Virus record (IMG/VR): IMGVR_UViG_3300006316_000001
Span: 42,816 to 106,815 of that record
Strand: one strand, 5' to 3'
DNA length: 64,000 bases
Origin: a virus
Shown: positions 59,579-64,000 of the stretch, one piece after another
How positions within the stretch are numbered: position 1 is the stretch's first letter
How the letters are laid out: every line of letters starts with the position of its first letter
Program-made: the position numbers and the translations under genes
Notes under the pieces: model-generated
Databases searched by the model: none
Seen by the model: only the letters and a program-made list of their open reading frames with translations
Told to the model about the DNA's origin: nothing

Positions 59579-59755
59579 TTAGTATCCTGCCAATTCGTCT
59601 AATGCGTCACAAATATCTTCAATCTTTTCAGTAAGCTCATTCATGTATCGCATACGCTGATTAACATCATGACCGTCACAATCGTTATCAATGTAGCGGT
59701 TGCGTTCTTCGTGAGCTTCATCAAGTTCTTTTTGTAAATCAGGAATGGTTTTCAT
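59579..59755 (-). CDS. Small coiled-coil hypothetical protein (58 aa; not in ORF track)
   Basis: MKTIPDLQKELDEAHEERNRY...LAGY*; first ORF after promoter 8. Confidence 0.65.
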   Translation of the reverse strand: MKTIPDLQKELDEAHEERNRYIDNDCDGHDVNQRMRYMNELTEKIEDICDALDELAGY

Positions 59756-59868
59756 AATAAATAGCCTTTTAATGGTAAGGGTTAACCGTTAACCCTATAA
59801 CAACCATTATACTCTTATTTTACGAGAAGTAAAGCTTTTTAGCTAAATTTGAATGCAAAAAAGGTTCC
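59749..59868 (-). promoter_or_regulatory. Early promoter cassette copy 8 (right 120-bp repeat bounding the modification locus)
   Basis: -35 59829-59834, -10 59806-59811, perfect leader hairpin AGGGTTAA-CGG-TTAACCCT. Confidence 0.85.
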
Positions 59869-59880
59869 CCATGGGGAACC
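59857..59880 (-). terminator. Terminator after SleB hydrolase
   Basis: Minus strand GGTTCCCC-AT-GGGGAACC-TTTTTT. Confidence 0.8.
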
Positions 59881-59883
59881 TCC

Positions 59884-60762
59884 TTAACGTGTATAGAACC
59901 AGTGATCGCCATAGCGACCTTTGAACTCCATGGTCTTCCACCACACAGCCTTAGATTTGTACTTATTCAGGTAATGGTCAGCATCACCGACAAGGTTGGG
60001 AATCTGTCTAGTCAGCACCATGTGAGCTATGTAATAAGAGCGAGCTCTAGCATCAGCATCAACCATTTCATCAGAAAGTCCATCAAGAGTCCAACTGAAC
60101 ATTGGTACCCATTTCTTATACTTACTGCTCCATTTCTTTTCCCAAATAACTTCCTTTATGGTGTTTGGCCAATGTCTCTTTTTGACACGATTCAATACAA
60201 CGTAACCTATTTGTGCGATATCAATATCGCTCGCGATTGAACTTCTCTCTTCGAAATATAGGTTTTGAGCCATGTAGTGTAACTCAGCATCACTATATGG
60301 TTTGATGTATGGAGTTTCGCTCATTATCTTGTAGTGCGGTAAAAGAACCGTCCCCTCACCGACCGTCCCCGCATATGCTTTGTAGCAGAAGAATAGAGCC
60401 GTTAGGATGAGAAGGACAACGTGAACCATTATGGTTTGCTTTAGTGATACCAAGCCAACTTCCCTTGGAATTTCCTTCTTCACCTGAATATGTTCCAGAG
60501 GGATTATAACATCATTAATGGAACAGAGAGTTTTACACACGAACTCCATGACGATGTGCTTATCATCGACGCGCATGACAACAGCATCTATTAATTTGAC
60601 ATCATCAAAGTATGTTTGAATCACCGCTAGCATTTTCGGGTGAACGTGCCCATGGTTATTGTGTATCTCTTTGCGCTCATTCTCCGAACTTAGAGCACCA
60701 CAAATTACCTTGTATACTGGATCACCAATATCAATGGTCCAAGAATTGCCAATCTTATTCAT
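59884..60762 (-). CDS. SleB/Hydrolase_2-family cell wall hydrolase with N-terminal extension and TM/signal segment
   Basis: MAQNLYFEERS, VVLNRV...WPNTIKEVI, FSW, ADHY, HWFY. Confidence 0.85.
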   Translation of the reverse strand: MNKIGNSWTIDIGDPVYKVICGALSSENERKEIHNNHGHVHPKMLAVIQTYFDDVKLIDAVVMRVDDKHIVMEFVCKTLCSINDVIIPLEHIQVKKEIPREVGLVSLKQTIMVHVVLLILTALFFCYKAYAGTVGEGTVLLPHYKIMSETPYIKPYSDAELHYMAQNLYFEERSSIASDIDIAQIGYVVLNRVKKRHWPNTIKEVIWEKKWSSKYKKWVPMFSWTLDGLSDEMVDADARARSYYIAHMVLTRQIPNLVGDADHYLNKYKSKAVWWKTMEFKGRYGDHWFYTR

Positions 60763-61106
60763 TTGATACCTCTCACCATTCTTAACATGTCATAGTCCAT
60801 CTTGAAAATTTCAATATCACCCCCAAGTCGGTTAATGGTTTCCGCCATTGCGTTACCAAGAATCAAATATTTTCGGAATAGGTATAGATTTCCTTCCTTC
60901 GCGTATGTTTTGGCCATATGCGCGTAGAAGTCATATTCGCCAGTATAGCCGTTGATGAATTTGTCCCTTGTGATTGTGATGGTGTTACCGTTGTTCGTTT
61001 CATAAGAAACGCTAGTTACCGATTTATCTAGGAATAGATTATGAAAGCGACGACTCTTCATACACCTAATTAAATCTCTAATTTCTAAAAAGTCTGAATG
61101 TTTCAT
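60759..61106 (-). CDS. Hypothetical early protein
   Basis: First ORF after promoter 9, AAGGA RBS. Confidence 0.6.
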   Translation of the reverse strand: MKHSDFLEIRDLIRCMKSRRFHNLFLDKSVTSVSYETNNGNTITITRDKFINGYTGEYDFYAHMAKTYAKEGNLYLFRKYLILGNAMAETINRLGGDIEIFKMDYDMLRMVRGIK

Positions 61107-61169
61107 TTTTATTTCCTTAATAAGCTTAAAAAGGACGGCTTTGGCAAGCCGCCAGATTTAAGCTAACTA

Positions 61170-61220
61170 ATTACCCTATACCATTCATTATACTCTAATT
61201 GAACGAGAAGTAAAGGGTTT
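61170..61220 (-). promoter_or_regulatory. Early promoter cassette copy 9
   Basis: -35 61210-61215, -10 61187-61192; different leader hairpin at 61123-61164. Confidence 0.8.
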
Positions 61221-61222
61221 TG

Positions 61223-61675
61223 TTATAGAATTTGTTGGTAAGCTTCGTTCTTTGTTAGTTCAAAGCCCTTCATCGCAATACCTTCAGAATATAGCTGTAA
61301 ATTGCGATCATTTTCAACAGGTATCGTTTTGAGAACTTCTTCTTCGAATTTGTAAAGAAGATTATCGCCCCCGCGACGAATCTTATTCATGCTCATAATA
61401 TGGGCAATCATATGATATGCGTCAATCGAACCACCTTCAGATTCCACCATGTCAACATAATCATTAACTGACTCAGTGACCTCATCGTGTATCTTATCGA
61501 CGATTATGAATAACATATCGGTCGATTTGACGTGATCAACATCGAACGGTAAAACGCATGTGACGGTTTCGGCTACTGGGCACTCCACTGACACAATGAT
61601 CGCAGCTTCGCCTTCTTCTCGAAGGACATCACTGTACTTTCCTGGAACGTGACTTGTTAAGATTTGTAGATTCAT
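61223..61675 (-). CDS. Hypothetical protein
   Basis: 150-aa ORF. Confidence 0.6.
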   Translation of the reverse strand: MNLQILTSHVPGKYSDVLREEGEAAIIVSVECPVAETVTCVLPFDVDHVKSTDMLFIIVDKIHDEVTESVNDYVDMVESEGGSIDAYHMIAHIMSMNKIRRGGDNLLYKFEEEVLKTIPVENDRNLQLYSEGIAMKGFELTKNEAYQQIL

Positions 61676-61683
61676 TTTGACAC

Positions 61684-62367
61684 CTATAATAAGATCAATT
61701 TACCATCGGATTCAGACAACACACCATCAACATGAACATATGTGACGTTGCGTCTCATCATATCGGATGTGTTTTCTGAGGTACGCCCGTATGGTACACC
61801 ATAAACCACACGTGAAACGCCTGAGTTTGCTATGTTTTTGGAACAGTCAGCGCAAGGTTGGTGAGTACAATATAATGTACCGCCTTGGATATCATCACGA
61901 TTCGAATGCAGCAACGCATTCATCTCAGCGTGTATTTCATGCTCAGAAGACCATTTGTGATGCTTATCGTACAATTCCTTCAGTTTGTTTGTGCCCAATA
62001 TCTCGCAACCAAGTCTAATTTCTTGCTTGATTGCCTCAACCTCTTCTTCGAAGTTGGGGAAGCGGTCACAACAATTACTATCACCTGCGGGTGTGCCATT
62101 GTAACCTGACGCTACAATACGACCTTGACTGTTAACGATGATGCACCCAACCTGATGCTTAACGCACTTGCTTTGGAGCGACTCAATGTAAGCCTGTCTC
62201 AGCCGTGTTTCGTCAAATTTCTCTATTTTGGTAATTTTAATTCTGGGTAAAGTACCAATATCTTCCATAGATTTTAAGCTCGCTTCCCATTTAACATCGT
62301 TAATATCTGGATTTGGAAAACATTCATCACACATTTCAGGGCTGGACCGCCCATGCTCGCACGCCAT
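61684..62367 (-). CDS. dCMP deaminase
   Basis: SKC...QVGC, GYNGTP.G..NC, HAEMNAL, LYCTHQPCADC. Confidence 0.93.
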   Translation of the reverse strand: MACEHGRSSPEMCDECFPNPDINDVKWEASLKSMEDIGTLPRIKITKIEKFDETRLRQAYIESLQSKCVKHQVGCIIVNSQGRIVASGYNGTPAGDSNCCDRFPNFEEEVEAIKQEIRLGCEILGTNKLKELYDKHHKWSSEHEIHAEMNALLHSNRDDIQGGTLYCTHQPCADCSKNIANSGVSRVVYGVPYGRTSENTSDMMRRNVTYVHVDGVLSESDGKLILL

Positions 62368-62368
62368 A

Positions 62369-62611
62369 CTACTTACCTCGTAAAAATCGGTTAAGTTCTG
62401 CCGCACCACCAATCATCTCATCATCGATGAATATCATTGGGAATGTTTTGTGGTTGTGCGTTTCCGCCAACTTTCTGAACTCTTCTTCCGTATAGTCCTT
62501 GCCTAGAGACTTGTAGGTGAAGTTCATTTGGTGTCGTTTTAGCATTGATTGTGCGCTAACGCAGAACTGACAGAATTCTTTACCTAAAACTGTGATGTTT
62601 GGATTTGCCAT
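62369..62611 (-). CDS. Glutaredoxin
   Basis: CQFC active site, TFPMIFID...IGG. Confidence 0.92.
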   Translation of the reverse strand: MANPNITVLGKEFCQFCVSAQSMLKRHQMNFTYKSLGKDYTEEEFRKLAETHNHKTFPMIFIDDEMIGGAAELNRFLRGK

Positions 62612-62620
62612 GATATTCTC

Positions 62621-63875
62621 CTATATTGCAAATTCGGTACGGAAACGTGAACGTGTTGTTGCCGTGTACAATAATTGTTTAATCTCCATCGTCGCACCAA
62701 AGCGGATGAAGTCGGGGGTATATACAAATGTATAATCGAATGTTGAGCCTTGTGACTTATGAGCCGTCATAGCGTAAATGTGCTTGAACTCCGAAAATGC
62801 TTTCTTCAGCGCCCAGAATTTCTTCCAATGCATTCGTGAGTTGGCTGAGTCTGATCGAGCCTTACCTGCGATAATTTGTAGTCGCTCATTATACTTGGCC
62901 ATGTACCCCTTCTTAACGATCTTACATGTATGAATCTCGTTATCGGTTAGGGAGTCCATTTTGATTAGCCAACAATCAACTTCGTACGAATTGCACCAAT
63001 AGTCTTCGACTTGGAGGATACGCATTTCCTCAGCATTCTTCCAGCCCATCTCACCTTCACCACCACCCATTTCTTGTGCAACGATAATTTCACCAACGCG
63101 CCATTCTTCAACATCAACCCCGAAAATCTTTTGTCTGATGTAATTGTTGATGACGTCAACCTGATGGTTTGTGTATGCAATACAACGACAGTAGTCGGGG
63201 TCTTTTCTGAACATGTCAGTTTTATACATATTGACAAGTCGCTCTAACCATTCATGGCGGTCGGTGGCCATTACACCATTACCATGCTCATCAAGATCTG
63301 TGGTGATCTGTGGAAAGTTGCTGTACTCATCTTCCTGACAAAGACGAAACGCTGTAGCCAATTTGATGATAGGGTTATCTTCGGCTTGACGCACAACTTC
63401 AGTAAGTTCGCTGATATTTGAAACATCAGTAAATACCTTACTGACTTCTCCAGGAGCAGAACCAACGGGGCTGATCTGAGCTTTATCGCCAACGAAGATA
63501 ATCTTAGCTGACATGGCATCAAGAATGTACATCAGAATTTCATCACCGAGCATTGAAGATTCATCAATGATTAGTACATCGAAAACCTTCTCTTCATTGA
63601 ACGGTTCTTTCACAAGAACTTCATCACCTTCAACTTGCTTCATCATTAGACCAAGAGTTGAGTGAATTGTGCGATTATCAATACCACCTGAGCGATCAGT
63701 GCCTAGATTGAGTTCTTGGATCATTCGGCGAATGACCTTAACTGCTTTGTGGGTAGGTGCTGCGATACACACTGTTTTGTAGCGTGGAATCTTGTCAACG
63801 ATGTAATTCACCACCGTAGTCTTACCTGAACCTGCCGGACCGATGAGCGTATGGAACCTATTCTCTTGATCGAAC
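62621..63875 (-). CDS. dda: Dda-like SF1B DNA helicase, 5' end truncated
   Basis: Walker A GPAGSGKTT (63815-63841) upstream of the tracked ORF; APTHKA, TIHS.LGL, IDESSM, GDKAQI.PV, LTEVVRQ, YAMTAHKSQGST, LLYTATTR. Confidence 0.9.
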
Positions 63876-64000
63876 CCTTTACTATTGATAACCTCAAGCG
63901 GCCCAAGGAAATGAACGCCAAGCAGCAGCGGCGCCAGTTGGATCTACTCAAGAGCCTCAACCAAAAACATTTTGAGGCCAATCCCTTTGAGGAATCACTG

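Noticed and set aside
45369-61220. Dispersed repeats as a CRISPR array or integron attC sites
   Set aside because: Copies are kilobases apart, contain -35/-10 boxes and sit upstream of genes; no cas or integrase gene is present
3565-63522. Many short antisense or alternate-frame ORFs in the track (e.g. 4894-5421, 6074-6388, 18625-19074, 27344-27844, 39048-39629, 54025-54471, 57785-58294)
   Set aside because: They overlap confidently assigned genes or RNA regions, lack recognisable motifs and mostly run against the strand organisation
1-64000. Integrated prophage
   Set aside because: No integrase, repressor or att site seen; the only non-phage-looking sequence is ~110 bp interrupting the helicase, better explained as a chimera

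Overview
The window is a 64-kb piece of a large, apparently lytic tailed phage with siphovirus morphogenesis genes; the host is probably a marine Gammaproteobacterium such as Vibrio (inference). No integrase or repressor is visible. Three blocks: (1) 1-3.1 kb, leftward early genes including a phage sigma70-family factor and an Imm-like protein; (2) 3.5-43.9 kb, rightward late region with a second HK97-type capsid paralog, two tRNAs, HNH, TerL, portal, protease, major capsid, neck genes, two tandem tail-tube paralogs, a frameshifted tail chaperone, tape measure, tail tip, a 2387-aa fibre, three paralogous fibre/RBP genes and lysis genes; (3) 44.1-64 kb, leftward early genes (DNA ligase, DexA-like exonuclease, SleB hydrolase, dCMP deaminase, glutaredoxin, Dda-like helicase). 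The early genes are driven by nine copies of a promoter plus 5'-hairpin cassette. The most notable feature is a ~9.3-kb thymidine-hypermodification locus (50.5-59.8 kb): 5hmdU-DNA kinase fused to a P-loop nucleotide kinase, amino acid:DNA transferase, Ntn glutamine amidotransferase, YkgJ Cys-cluster protein, GNAT, two amidoligases (one with an in-frame amber codon) and a divergent BCCT-family transporter in the same operon as the ligases. The locus is bracketed by 120-bp direct repeats. This suggests an uncharacterised multi-step DNA base modification, possibly supplied by a phage-encoded importer. All family calls come from motif recognition by eye, not database searches. The last ~110 bp appear to be foreign sequence.
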